A stretch of 64,000 nucleotides of DNA from an uncultured Leucobacter sp. Its GTDB lineage: Bacteria; Actinomycetota; Actinomycetes; Actinomycetales; Microbacteriaceae. The position numbers were made by a program, and so were the translations under genes. The stretch is from NCBI GenBank assembly GCA_937967375.1, contig CALCJF010000011.1, positions 6,160-70,159 of the forward strand, in the 5' to 3' direction. Position 1 is the stretch's first letter. Each line of letters opens with the position of its first letter. Shown in pieces: positions 20,086 through 30,025 of the stretch. The notes under the pieces are model-generated. The model was not told where the DNA came from. It saw nothing but the letters and a program-made list of their open reading frames with translations, and did not search any database.

Positions 20086-20183
20086 AGCCTACGAACTCAC
20101 TTTCTCTCTCAACGTTCACCGTGCTTGTCAGTCGTGCAAGACAGACTAAGTTGTAAGCAAACAGACCGGGAACTGAGGCCATT

Positions 20184-22280
20184 TTGAGTTCAATCTTTAA
20201 GACCGTTGCATGGGAAGTGGATCAGCTTGTCGCTGGGGTAGAGAAGGGATCGATCAGTCTGCCCGATCTGCAGCGACCCTTCGTATGGCCAACAGCGAAG
20301 GTCCGCGATCTCTTCGATTCGATGTACAAAGGTTATCCGGTTGGTGAGCTCATGTTCTGGGACGTGAGCGAGGCCCATGCGACACGTTCGATCGCAGGAG
20401 AAGCGCAGATCGCGGCTACTCACCAAATAGTTGATGGGCAGCAGCGTCTCACGAGTCTGTTTGCTGCTATTAAAGGGCTCCCGGTGCGTGATGAGTCTTA
20501 CAAGTCGAAACAGATCACGATCTCTTTCAACCCATTTACAGAGAAGTTTGAGGTTCGCACACCAGCCATCGCCAGGTCAGCGAACTGGGTTGAAGACATT
20601 TCGACGGTCTTCAAATCAGCAATCGACGCCTTCGAAGATTTTGCTGAACGGTATGAGAACTCTGGAAATGAGCTTGAGAAGGAGCTTCGGCGCGATCTGC
20701 AACGAAAATTCCATCGCCTAGACAGCTTGGGGTCGTACCAATTTCAGGTCGTGCATATTCAGCAAGAGGTTCCGAAAAGGATCGTCGCTGACGTTTTTGT
20801 TCGCATCAACTCAGAGGGCGTCTCTCTAAAGGCATACGACTACATACTCACTTGGCTCAGCGTATTTTGGCCCGAGGGCAGAGACCGTATCGAAGAGTTT
20901 GCGAGACTTTCCAGAGTTACCCCCGAAAGAGCAACCGAAATTACGGGGCGAAAGGTCGACTGGACACCTAAGAATCCCTACTTGCCGGTGCAGACCGGTC
21001 AGATCATTCGAGCCATGGTCGCGGTGGGGCAGAACCGTGCGAAGCTCAGAGATGCCTACTCAGCACTTCAAGCGAAAGACCGTGTTACTGGAGCAGTCGA
21101 CCCTGACAAGCAGGAGCACGAGCTCGATCTGCTGAAGAGCGCACTGCCAATTGTGACTGACAAGCTCAGTTGGTCAGAGTTTATTCATGCGGTGCGTCTG
21201 GCAGGCTTTAGATCGAACCGTGGCATCACATCTGAAACAAATGTGATCTCGAGCTATGTCATGTTCTTGCTTGGGAGAAATCGATACAGCGTGCCACTGG
21301 CAGATCTTCGGGTGGTCATTGCACAGTGGGTCTTTATGTCACAGCTCACGAGTCGATACACCGGCTCGGGTGAGTCGCAGCTGCAGAAAGATCTCGACTC
21401 TTTTGATGCCGTAGCTGATGGTGACGCCTTGGGTTTTGTTGCTGTTCTACGCCGTGCGATGCAAACCGCGCTCACGAATGATTTTTGGGCTTTCAGCGTG
21501 CCTCAGTCGCTCGTGACGTCGGGGCCAAGTCTTTCGCCCACCTACCAGTGCTACTTGGCAGCATTGAACGTGCTCGACGCCGATATGTTCATGATCCCGA
21601 TGAAGGTGCGCGACTGGATGGATCCATCACAGCCTGCGGCCAAAGGTATGGAAGGCCACCACCTATTTCCGCGCGCTTACCAAGAAAAGGTGTTGAACAC
21701 TACCGATACGAAGCGCATCAATCAGGCAGCCAACTTTGCACCGACCGATTGGAAGACAAATCAGATAATTTCCGACCGGGCGCCTGCCGAGTACTGGTCC
21801 GAGATGCTTGCGAGGCAAGGCGGGGACCAGGCGTGGCTTGAGAAACAGCTTTACTGGCATGGGCTACCCGCCCACTGGCAAGAACTCGACTACGAGGAAT
21901 TTTTAGGAAAGCGTCGGGCGCTACTCGCAAAAGTCGTCCGAGACGGATTTTCTCAGATCGATAAGCACGCGGAAGACAACACAGGTCAATGGCTTGTCGA
22001 GGTCGTTGCGGATGATGAAATCTCACTCGATCAACTGCTTGCCCAGGGGTTGTTGATTCCCGGTGACTTGCTTGACTCGGCAGATCCTGAGACCGAGATA
22101 GACGCAGTTGTTACCGATGACGGCACAATTTTGATCGATGGGGAGCATGAATTTGATTCTCTCGATGAAGCGGCTCGCCACCTCGGGGTCACAAGTATGA
22201 GTGGGCAGGATTTCTGGGTGCTTGAGGTCGACGGTGGGTTTGCAGAGTTGAGCGAGCTGACTGTCGACCGAAGAAGTTAG
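20184..22280 (+). CDS. GmrSD-like type IV restriction protein (DUF262 + HNH/DUF1524-like) with C-terminal RAMA-like domain
   Basis: LPDLQRPFVW, IVDGQQRLTSL, VFVRINSEG (DUF262); EGHHLFP..INQAANF (HNH-like); C-terminal LDQLLAQGLLIPGD..VTDDGTI..FDSLDEAA..SGQDFW. Confidence 0.85.
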   Translation: MSSIFKTVAWEVDQLVAGVEKGSISLPDLQRPFVWPTAKVRDLFDSMYKGYPVGELMFWDVSEAHATRSIAGEAQIAATHQIVDGQQRLTSLFAAIKGLPVRDESYKSKQITISFNPFTEKFEVRTPAIARSANWVEDISTVFKSAIDAFEDFAERYENSGNELEKELRRDLQRKFHRLDSLGSYQFQVVHIQQEVPKRIVADVFVRINSEGVSLKAYDYILTWLSVFWPEGRDRIEEFARLSRVTPERATEITGRKVDWTPKNPYLPVQTGQIIRAMVAVGQNRAKLRDAYSALQAKDRVTGAVDPDKQEHELDLLKSALPIVTDKLSWSEFIHAVRLAGFRSNRGITSETNVISSYVMFLLGRNRYSVPLADLRVVIAQWVFMSQLTSRYTGSGESQLQKDLDSFDAVADGDALGFVAVLRRAMQTALTNDFWAFSVPQSLVTSGPSLSPTYQCYLAALNVLDADMFMIPMKVRDWMDPSQPAAKGMEGHHLFPRAYQEKVLNTTDTKRINQAANFAPTDWKTNQIISDRAPAEYWSEMLARQGGDQAWLEKQLYWHGLPAHWQELDYEEFLGKRRALLAKVVRDGFSQIDKHAEDNTGQWLVEVVADDEISLDQLLAQGLLIPGDLLDSADPETEIDAVVTDDGTILIDGEHEFDSLDEAARHLGVTSMSGQDFWVLEVDGGFAELSELTVDRRS

Positions 22281-22294
22281 TCAGAGAGTGTTGG

Positions 22295-22316
22295 CAGTCG
22301 CGGGTAACCGCGACTG
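22295..22316. terminator. Hairpin between convergent genes
   Basis: CAGTCGCGG-GTAA-CCGCGACTG, 9-bp stem. Confidence 0.65.
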
Positions 22317-22331
22317 ACTTCATACCGGCCC

Positions 22332-24051
22332 TCACGTCGTCAGCACAACGCAGCGATACTTCGCCCGCGTGAGCCCGACGTAGAGCAGGTCTGAAAAGCT
22401 CAGCCCGTTCTCGGTGGCGAAGCTCTTCGCTTTGTTGCCGATGTCTGTCAACACCACTGCATCGGCGTCGAGGCCCTTGAATTTGAAGATCGACCGCCAT
22501 CGGATGCGCCCGCTTCCCGCCTCGCTCTCGAGTTGCTTGCGTAGCCAGCGCTCGCTGCGGGTGCGTTCGTTGCGAGCGAAGAAACGACCAACCAGTGAAT
22601 TGGTCGCGGCAAACGGGCTTAGCACGACGATCTGCTCGGGTGAGTACTCTTTCAGTAGCTCGCGCAGGGCAGTCGAAAGCGCGTCGGTCTCATCTTTACT
22701 TGCATCGCGCACAGCAAAACCGCCTGGCACGCCCTCTGGCATCCGGTGACCGGTGAATCCGAGCGGCTGTTGAGGCATGAGCGACTGGGCGCCGGCGGTG
22801 ATCGCGCGCACGTTACGGCAGTTGCGGGCGACGCGGACGTTTACGAGCCCGGGCAACCATATCTTTGCGATTTCAAATGGTCTGGTCTTCGAATCTCACC
22901 ATTATCTGCTGGCGAGCATCGCCCGCGATCAGCAGCGAGGTCTTCTGTAGCGAGGCTTTCGCGGAAAGCGCCTCGAAGATCTCGAGCATCACCGGATAGC
23001 CCGCGATGTCTTGAAACTCGTCGATGAGAATGGCGTCGTACTTGGTGCTCGCGGGCCTGCACTTCAGCCCATCAAGCGCGCGCCGCGGCAGTGTCTCTGT
23101 ATACCACGTATGCTCGGCACGGTCGGGGTTCGCGTCGAGTCCAGCGGCACCAAGCATCAGTCCGTTGAGGCTGAGCGCATCGACATTTGGCAGTTCGCCA
23201 ACTTGGGCTTCGAATTCACCCGCCATGAGCAAGTTCCAGCATGTGACGAGCGTGCGAAGTCCAGCGCGGTTGTTGCGGCGCGCGGCTTGCACGATCAGGT
23301 GGCTCTTGCCGGTACCTGCCGGGCCGTCGAGGTAGACGTGCGTGTTTCGTTCGACGAGTTCGAGTATGACTTCTTGTTCGGCGAGCACGGTAGCTTCGGC
23401 GACTTGGCGCTCACGCATACGATCGGAGACAGACTCGCTGACGTGAAAGTTGCCGAGCAGCGCGTGCTTAGTCTCTTCGACGCGTTCGCTTGTGAAGGCT
23501 TGAGGATCATGCTCAACTCCGTCGACCTTTGAATACCACGCATCGTATTCTTCGAAGAGGTGATCGAGCAGCCAAGTCGGTTTGGAGAGGTCGTCGTTCC
23601 ATCCGAGCTCCCACTCGAAGAGCTGCATATCACCGCGACTCGCGTTCTCGGACTGATGGCGACTGAGCGAGGTGAACCACACGAGGCGTGCGATCGGCTC
23701 GTTGCCAGTGAGCAAACCTAGTTCTTTGAGATAGCCGCGCAAGCTGCGGCGTACTCCATCGAGTTGTTGCAGAGGATCCTTCGTCGGATTCGGAACATTC
23801 TCGAGAAACCAGTCACCGTTCTCGTAGCGGGCCGAACTTGGCGACTTAGCCTCGATAATCGCGATGCCCTTACCAGGCGCGAGCACAACGAAGTCGGCTT
23901 CGCCCACAAAGGCAGCGTGGTGTCTCGTAACCTGCAGTGAGTGGATCACCACCCAGTCATCGCGATCTTGCATCCCCTCAAGTGCCGTGAACACCTTCTT
24001 CTCGGAGCCATTCGCGCCTTCGCGAGGGATCGGAGGAATCATTACCACCAT
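22332..24051 (-). pseudogene. NERD nuclease-SF1 helicase, split by a +1 frameshift near 22875-22900
   Basis: 5' ORF: GEADFVV..IIEAKS, GPAGTGKS, LIDEFQD, AGDARQQ then stop at 22873; the shifted frame continues DSKTRPFEIAKIWLPGL..NCRN..SIFKFKGLD..LYVGLTRAK; TATGCT-N6-ATG start. Confidence 0.8.
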
Positions 24052-24275
24052 GGGGTCAGCATATCGACAGGTGTCGCATAGTGTTGACAGCGTGAGCCGG
24101 CGCGCGGCCTTACAATCGCGCAGCAAGTTAACTCGTAGGTTCCGACGGTGAACACTTACCCCAAGAATTACCCCTTTCAGGGGCCGACGGCCGAGCCGAA
24201 TGTCGTGGGTCTCTAGTACGGTGATGGCAGGCACGGGCGAGAGGTATTTCGCCCAGGAATGAGAAGGAGGTCGAC

Positions 24276-25841
24276 ATGGTACCTGCTACCAAAGAATCGC
24301 AACGGGCTGAACTGCACAAGACGATCTGGCAGGTCGCAAACGACCTACGTGGCTCCGTAGATGGCTGGGACTTTAAGTCCTACGTACTCGGCATGCTGTT
24401 CTACCGATTCATTTCGGAAAACCTCGCAAATTACATCAATAAGGGTGAGCGTGAAGCGGGTGCTCCTGACTTTGACTTCGCGCACCTCTCAGACGAAGAC
24501 GCAGAATATGCGCGCGAAGAAATCGTTGCCGAAAAAGGTTTCTTCATCAAGCCCTCGGAACTCTTCGAGAACGTGCGCAAGAAAGCAGCGCGCAACGAGA
24601 ACCTCAACGAGACACTCGAATCAATCTTCCGAGACATCGAGGGATCCGCTGTCGGCACCGACAGCGAAGACGATCTCAAAGGTCTGTTCGACGACCTGAA
24701 CGTGAATAGCACGAAGCTCGGTAACACAGTTGCGAAACGTAACGAGAAGCTCGTGAAGCTGCTCGACGCGATCGGCGACCTGCCGCTCGGAAGCTTCGAG
24801 GACAACTCGATTGACCTCTTCGGTGACGCATACGAGTACCTGATGCAGATGTACGCGTCGAGTGCGGGTAAATCCGGTGGTGAGTACTACACGCCTCAGG
24901 AAGTATCTGAACTCCTCGCCTACATAACCACGATGGGCAAGGAGCGCGTAAACAAGGTGTACGACCCTGCTGCAGGGTCCGGATCACTGCTCTTGAAGTT
25001 CGCGAAAGTGCTCGGCAAAGAAAACGTGGGCGGCTTCTACGGCCAAGAAATCAACCTCACCACCTACAACCTTGCTCGCATAAACATGTTCCTCCACGAT
25101 GTGAACTACGAAAAGTTCGACATCGCTCTTGGAGACACACTTCTCGAACCTGCGCACTGGGATGAGGAGCCTTTCGAAGCAATCGTCTCGAACCCTCCCT
25201 ACTCCATCAAATGGGATGGCGATGCAAACCCGATCCTCATCAACGACCCGCGCTTTGCTCCAGCGGGTGTGCTTGCACCGAAGTCGAAAGCCGACCTCGC
25301 ATTCACGATGCATATGCTGCACTGGCTCGCCACCGACGGAACCGCAGCGATCGTTGAGTTCCCTGGAGTGTTGTATCGGGGCGGTGCCGAGCAGAAGATC
25401 CGCAAATACCTGATCGACAACAATTATGTTGAGGCCGTAATCCAACTGCCGCCGGATCTGTTCTTTGGCACCACGATCGGCACCTGCGTGATCGTGCTCA
25501 AGAAATCAAAGAAGACGAACGACGTGCTGTTCATTGACGCGTCGGCAGAGTTCGTGCGTGGCGGGAACAAGAACAAGCTCTCGCCAGATAACCTGCAGAA
25601 CATTCTTATGGCGCTCGAGAACCGAGAGCATCAGGATCACTTCGCGACCACAGTAGCGAACAGCGCGATCGCAGAGAACAACTTCAATATCGCTGTCTCT
25701 TCGTATGTCGAGGCAGAAGATACCCGCGAGGTGATCGACATCACCGAGCTGAATGCGCGGATCGAGCAGATCGTGGCGAGCCAGTCAGAGCTGCGGACAA
25801 TGATTGATGCGATCGTTGCTGACCTGGAGGATACGAAGTGA
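24276..25841 (+). CDS. hsdM: Type I restriction-modification m6A methyltransferase subunit
   Basis: AAGGAGG RBS; IWQVANDLRG, GEYYTP, VYDPAAGSGSLL, SNPPY. Confidence 0.97.
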   Translation: MVPATKESQRAELHKTIWQVANDLRGSVDGWDFKSYVLGMLFYRFISENLANYINKGEREAGAPDFDFAHLSDEDAEYAREEIVAEKGFFIKPSELFENVRKKAARNENLNETLESIFRDIEGSAVGTDSEDDLKGLFDDLNVNSTKLGNTVAKRNEKLVKLLDAIGDLPLGSFEDNSIDLFGDAYEYLMQMYASSAGKSGGEYYTPQEVSELLAYITTMGKERVNKVYDPAAGSGSLLLKFAKVLGKENVGGFYGQEINLTTYNLARINMFLHDVNYEKFDIALGDTLLEPAHWDEEPFEAIVSNPPYSIKWDGDANPILINDPRFAPAGVLAPKSKADLAFTMHMLHWLATDGTAAIVEFPGVLYRGGAEQKIRKYLIDNNYVEAVIQLPPDLFFGTTIGTCVIVLKKSKKTNDVLFIDASAEFVRGGNKNKLSPDNLQNILMALENREHQDHFATTVANSAIAENNFNIAVSSYVEAEDTREVIDITELNARIEQIVASQSELRTMIDAIVADLEDTK

Positions 25842-26941
25842 CCCGCATCGACGAGCTCATTGCGGAGCACTGTCCTTACGGCGTTGAATTCGTAAAAGTC
25901 GGTCGATTGGCGCAGGTAGGAACCGGGAGTAGCGACCGTAAGAATGCAGTTGAAGGGGGTGCATACCCGTTCTACGTTCGGTCAAAGGACGTTATGCGTA
26001 TCGGTTCATATGAATTCGATGAAGAGGCGATCCTCATCCCCGGAGAAGGGGGGATCGGCGAGATATTTCATTACGTCCAGGGGAAGTATGCACTTCACCA
26101 ACGTGCTTACCGAATTCATTTCACTGACGAACGTGTAAACACGCGCTTTGCCTACTTCTACTTCACTGCAAATTTCAAGAGATTTATTCTGCAGAAGGCT
26201 GTCAGCGCGACCGTCACGTCCATTCGGAAGCCAATGATTACAGACTTTCCGTTCCCGGTTCCGCCGCTTGAGGTGCAGCGTGCGATCGTTGAGGTGCTGG
26301 ATACGTTCAGTAAGCTGGAAGCGGAGCTGGAAGCGGAGCTGGAAGCGGAGCTGGAATCCCGCAAACAGCAATACGAGCACTACCGAGCAGAACTTGTGCA
26401 GTGCGAAGACGCACCTGTGTTTTCTGTGAGTGATGTTGTGACAGGCATCTCTTCAGGGCGAAATAAGTCTCGTGTCGTTGGAGGCAGATACCCTGTATAC
26501 GGATCGACGGGACAAATCGGAACTACGGATGAAACAGCCTACTCCGGCGACTCGCTACTTGTAGCCCGAGTTGGTGCGAATGCTGGGCGCGTGAACGCAG
26601 TCTCCGGAGAGTATGACGTCTCCGATAACACGTTGATAATCACGCCTGCTGAAGCGTGGGATATGAGGTTCGCGTTTCACCAACTGACTCGCATGAATCT
26701 AAACCAATACGCCGTAGGCGGTGGACAGCCACTGGTCACCGGCAAGCTCTTGAAAAGCCTGAAAGTACACGTTCCCGATCTCACAGAACAACGTCGCATC
26801 GCAGACATTCTTGATAATTTTGACGCGCTAGTGAACGACCTCAGCAGTGGTCTCCCTGCCGAGCTGGCTGCCCGTCGCCCGCAGTACGAGATCTACCGTG
26901 ACAAGCTCCTTTCCTTTGAGGTGCTGGAGGTTCGAGCATGA
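25838..26941 (+). CDS. hsdS: Type I R-M specificity subunit (IC-like)
   Basis: Two TRDs, PVPPLEVQRAIV, central (LEAE)n repeat, GLPAELAARRPQYEIYRDKLLSF; GTGA overlap. Confidence 0.95.
   Translation: MTRIDELIAEHCPYGVEFVKVGRLAQVGTGSSDRKNAVEGGAYPFYVRSKDVMRIGSYEFDEEAILIPGEGGIGEIFHYVQGKYALHQRAYRIHFTDERVNTRFAYFYFTANFKRFILQKAVSATVTSIRKPMITDFPFPVPPLEVQRAIVEVLDTFSKLEAELEAELEAELESRKQQYEHYRAELVQCEDAPVFSVSDVVTGISSGRNKSRVVGGRYPVYGSTGQIGTTDETAYSGDSLLVARVGANAGRVNAVSGEYDVSDNTLIITPAEAWDMRFAFHQLTRMNLNQYAVGGGQPLVTGKLLKSLKVHVPDLTEQRRIADILDNFDALVNDLSSGLPAELAARRPQYEIYRDKLLSFEVLEVRA
26314..26356 (+). repeat. 12-bp tandem repeat GCTGGAAGCGGA x3 + 7-bp partial in hsdS
   Basis: Units start at 26314, 26326, 26338; partial GCTGGAA at 26350. 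Confidence 0.95.
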
Positions 26942-29900
26942 CGGGCACACGTGTGAACTATGACCTGATCGCGTTTGGTGGGGAGTCGACCGTTGTCGTC
27001 GAGTACGAACTCGATCCTCGGGATCAGGCGAGTTATCAGTCGGAGTCGCAGCTCGAGAACGAGTTCATTCGTCAGCTCGAGTCGCAAGCCTATGAGCGCG
27101 TGTACATTACGAGCGAAACCGACCTCATCGCCAATTTGCGTGCCCAGCTCGAAGCTCTGAACGATTACCGGTTCTCGGATACTGAATGGGAGCGGTTCTT
27201 TACCGAACGCATCGCCTCAACCGGCGACGGGATTGTCGAGAAAACTGTCCGTATCCAAGAAGATCACGTGCAGTTGCTAACGCGTGATGATGGTTCGACG
27301 AAGAATATCACCCTTCTTGATAAGCGTGATATTCACAACAACCGGCTCCAGGTGATTAACCAGTACTCGGTTGACCGCGGTGAGGGTGACGCATCCTTCT
27401 CAAACCGATACGACGTCACTATCCTGGTGAACGGCCTCCCGATGGTGCATGTTGAATTGAAGCGGCGCGGGGTGCCGATCCGCGAGGCGTTCAACCAGAT
27501 CGACAGGTATCAGCGCGATAGCTTCTGGGCTGGCTCCGGCCTGTTCGAGTATGTGCAACTGTTTGTGATCTCGAACGGTACTCAGACGAAGTACTACTCG
27601 AATACCACCCGCCGTCAACACATCGCCGACCAGACCGGTTCACGTCGCACGAAGAAGACTTCGAACTCATTCGAGTTCACCTCCTGGTGGGCAGACGCAC
27701 GCAACAAGCCGATCCTTGACCTCACGGCGTTCTCGAAGACCTTCTTTGCGAAGCACACCCTGCTGAACATCCTCACTCGCTACTGCGTGCTCACGAGTGA
27801 CCGGTTGCTGTTGGTGATGCGGCCGTACCAGATCGTGGCGACCGAGAAAATCCTGCAGAAGATCGACATCTCCACGAACTACAAAACCCTCGGCGCCCGT
27901 GACGCGGGCGGATACGTCTGGCACACCACAGGCTCCGGCAAGACACTCACCTCGTTCAAGACTGCGCAGCTGGCCTCTCGTGTGGCGTCTGTGGACAAGG
28001 TGTTGTTCGTGGTCGACCGGAAAGACCTCGACTATCAGACGATGAAAGAGTACGACCGCTTCGAGAAGGGGTCTGCGAACTCGAATACGTCAACTGCGGT
28101 GTTGAAGCGTCAGTTGGAAGATCCGTCGAAGAAGATCATCATCACGACGATCCAAAAGCTCTCCAACTTCATCAGCGGCAACAAAGGCCACGACGTCTAT
28201 TCCGGGCATGTGGTGCTGATCTTTGATGAGTCTCACCGCTCCCAGTTCGGGGACATGCATTCCGCGATCACGAAAGCGTTCAAACGGTACAACCTGTTCG
28301 GGTTCACCGGTACCCCGATCTTTGCCGAGAACTCTGGCAGCGGTGGCAACCCGCAGCTGAAGACCACGGAGCAGGCGTTCGGCGACAAACTGCACACGTA
28401 CACGATCGTGGACGCGATCAATGACAAGAACGTGCTGCCGTTCCGCATCGACTACGTCAACACCATCAAGGTCGGCACCGCTGACGACAAGCAAGTGAGC
28501 GCGATCGACACCGAGAGTGCGCTCCTGGCCCCTGCACGTGTGTCTCAGGTGACGAACTATATTCTTGAGCACTTCGACCAGAAGACGAAACGGCAAGAAG
28601 GTTACGCGCTCGGAGAGCGGCGCGTGAAGGGCTTCAACTCGATTTTCGCCACCGCTTCCATTACTGCGGCGCGCACCTACTACCAAGAGTTCAAGAACCA
28701 GCAAGAGGCACTGCTGCCGGATCAGCGGCTCAAGGTCGCGACAATCTTTTCCTACGCTCCGAACCCTGACAGCGAGGACGGGCTGCTCGACGAGGAAGGC
28801 TTCGAGACTGACGCCCTCTCCGGCGATGCGCGCAGCTTCCTGGAGACCGCGATCTCGGATTACAACCGCATGTTTGGAACGAGCTTCGATACGAGTTCAG
28901 ATAGCTTCCAGAATTACTACAAGGATCTGTCGCAGAAGCTCAAGACGCGAGAGATCGATCTTGTCATCGTGGTGAACATGTTCCTCACCGGCTTCGATGC
29001 GACCACTCTCAATACGCTGTGGGTGGATAAGAACCTCCGCAGCCACGGCCTGATTCAGGCGTACTCGCGTACGAATCGCATACTGAACTCGGTGAAGACC
29101 TACGGCAACATCGTGAACTTCCGCGATCTTGAAGCAGCCACGAACGACGCGATCGCTCTCTTCGGCAATAAGGATGCCGCGGGCATTGTGCTTTTGAAGC
29201 CATACCGTGAGTACTTTGACAGCTACGCCGAGAAGGTCACGCTGCTCATGCAGCAGTACCTGCCGGGGGCGTTGATCGTGGGTGAAGAAGCTCAGGTCGA
29301 GTTCGTGAAGCTCTACGGTGAGATCCTTAAGCTTCGCAACATCCTCACCTCGTTTGATGATTTCGAGAACGACGAGATCCTCTCTGCCAGGGACATGCAG
29401 GACTACCAGTCCACCTACCTCGATCTCTGGAACGAACGCAAGCGTGCGACTCAGAGCGAGAAAGAAAGCATCATCGAGGATGTGGTATTTGAGATAGAGC
29501 TGATCAAACAGGTAGAGATCAACGTCGACTACATCCTGCTCCTCGTGCAGAAATACCGCGAAGAACGCGGTGACGGCGACGACAAAGAACTGCGAGCAGG
29601 CATTAGCCGTGCGATCGACTCGAGCCCGTCACTGCGAAACAAGAAGGATCTCATCGAGACCTTCGTCGATTCTGTATCGGTGAAGGGCGAAATCGAGGCC
29701 GAATGGCGTGCCTACGTTGCGGCGCAGCGCGAGAAGGAATTGGCGGAGATCATCGGCTCTGAGAATCTCAAACCGGAGGAGACTGCACGGTTCGTAGAAG
29801 CGGCGTTCCGCGACGGCGCACTCCGCACCACAGGTACCGCGATCACGAAGGTCCTCCCGCCAGTTTCACGCTTCTCGAAGGACAAGAACCACAGCGCGAA

Positions 29901-29976
29901 GAAGCAACGCGTGATTCAGTTGCTCGGGGAATTCTTTGAACGCTTTTTCGGGCTGAGCACCGGGAATGACGATTAA
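26938..29976 (+). CDS. hsdR: Type I restriction endonuclease subunit R
   Basis: YDVTILVNGLPMVHVELK, HTTGSGKT, DESHR, GFTGTP, MFLTGFD, IQAYSRTNR; ATGA overlap. Confidence 0.97.
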   Translation: MTGTRVNYDLIAFGGESTVVVEYELDPRDQASYQSESQLENEFIRQLESQAYERVYITSETDLIANLRAQLEALNDYRFSDTEWERFFTERIASTGDGIVEKTVRIQEDHVQLLTRDDGSTKNITLLDKRDIHNNRLQVINQYSVDRGEGDASFSNRYDVTILVNGLPMVHVELKRRGVPIREAFNQIDRYQRDSFWAGSGLFEYVQLFVISNGTQTKYYSNTTRRQHIADQTGSRRTKKTSNSFEFTSWWADARNKPILDLTAFSKTFFAKHTLLNILTRYCVLTSDRLLLVMRPYQIVATEKILQKIDISTNYKTLGARDAGGYVWHTTGSGKTLTSFKTAQLASRVASVDKVLFVVDRKDLDYQTMKEYDRFEKGSANSNTSTAVLKRQLEDPSKKIIITTIQKLSNFISGNKGHDVYSGHVVLIFDESHRSQFGDMHSAITKAFKRYNLFGFTGTPIFAENSGSGGNPQLKTTEQAFGDKLHTYTIVDAINDKNVLPFRIDYVNTIKVGTADDKQVSAIDTESALLAPARVSQVTNYILEHFDQKTKRQEGYALGERRVKGFNSIFATASITAARTYYQEFKNQQEALLPDQRLKVATIFSYAPNPDSEDGLLDEEGFETDALSGDARSFLETAISDYNRMFGTSFDTSSDSFQNYYKDLSQKLKTREIDLVIVVNMFLTGFDATTLNTLWVDKNLRSHGLIQAYSRTNRILNSVKTYGNIVNFRDLEAATNDAIALFGNKDAAGIVLLKPYREYFDSYAEKVTLLMQQYLPGALIVGEEAQVEFVKLYGEILKLRNILTSFDDFENDEILSARDMQDYQSTYLDLWNERKRATQSEKESIIEDVVFEIELIKQVEINVDYILLLVQKYREERGDGDDKELRAGISRAIDSSPSLRNKKDLIETFVDSVSVKGEIEAEWRAYVAAQREKELAEIIGSENLKPEETARFVEAAFRDGALRTTGTAITKVLPPVSRFSKDKNHSAKKQRVIQLLGEFFERFFGLSTGNDD

Positions 29977-30025
29977 TGGATTACAACCTTAACTATTCGC
30001 AAGTCCAATTCAGGGGAGAAGGGGC

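Noticed and set aside
24084-24116. TTGACA...TACAAT promoter upstream of hsdM
   Set aside because: Spacer is 21 bp, too long to call without TSS data
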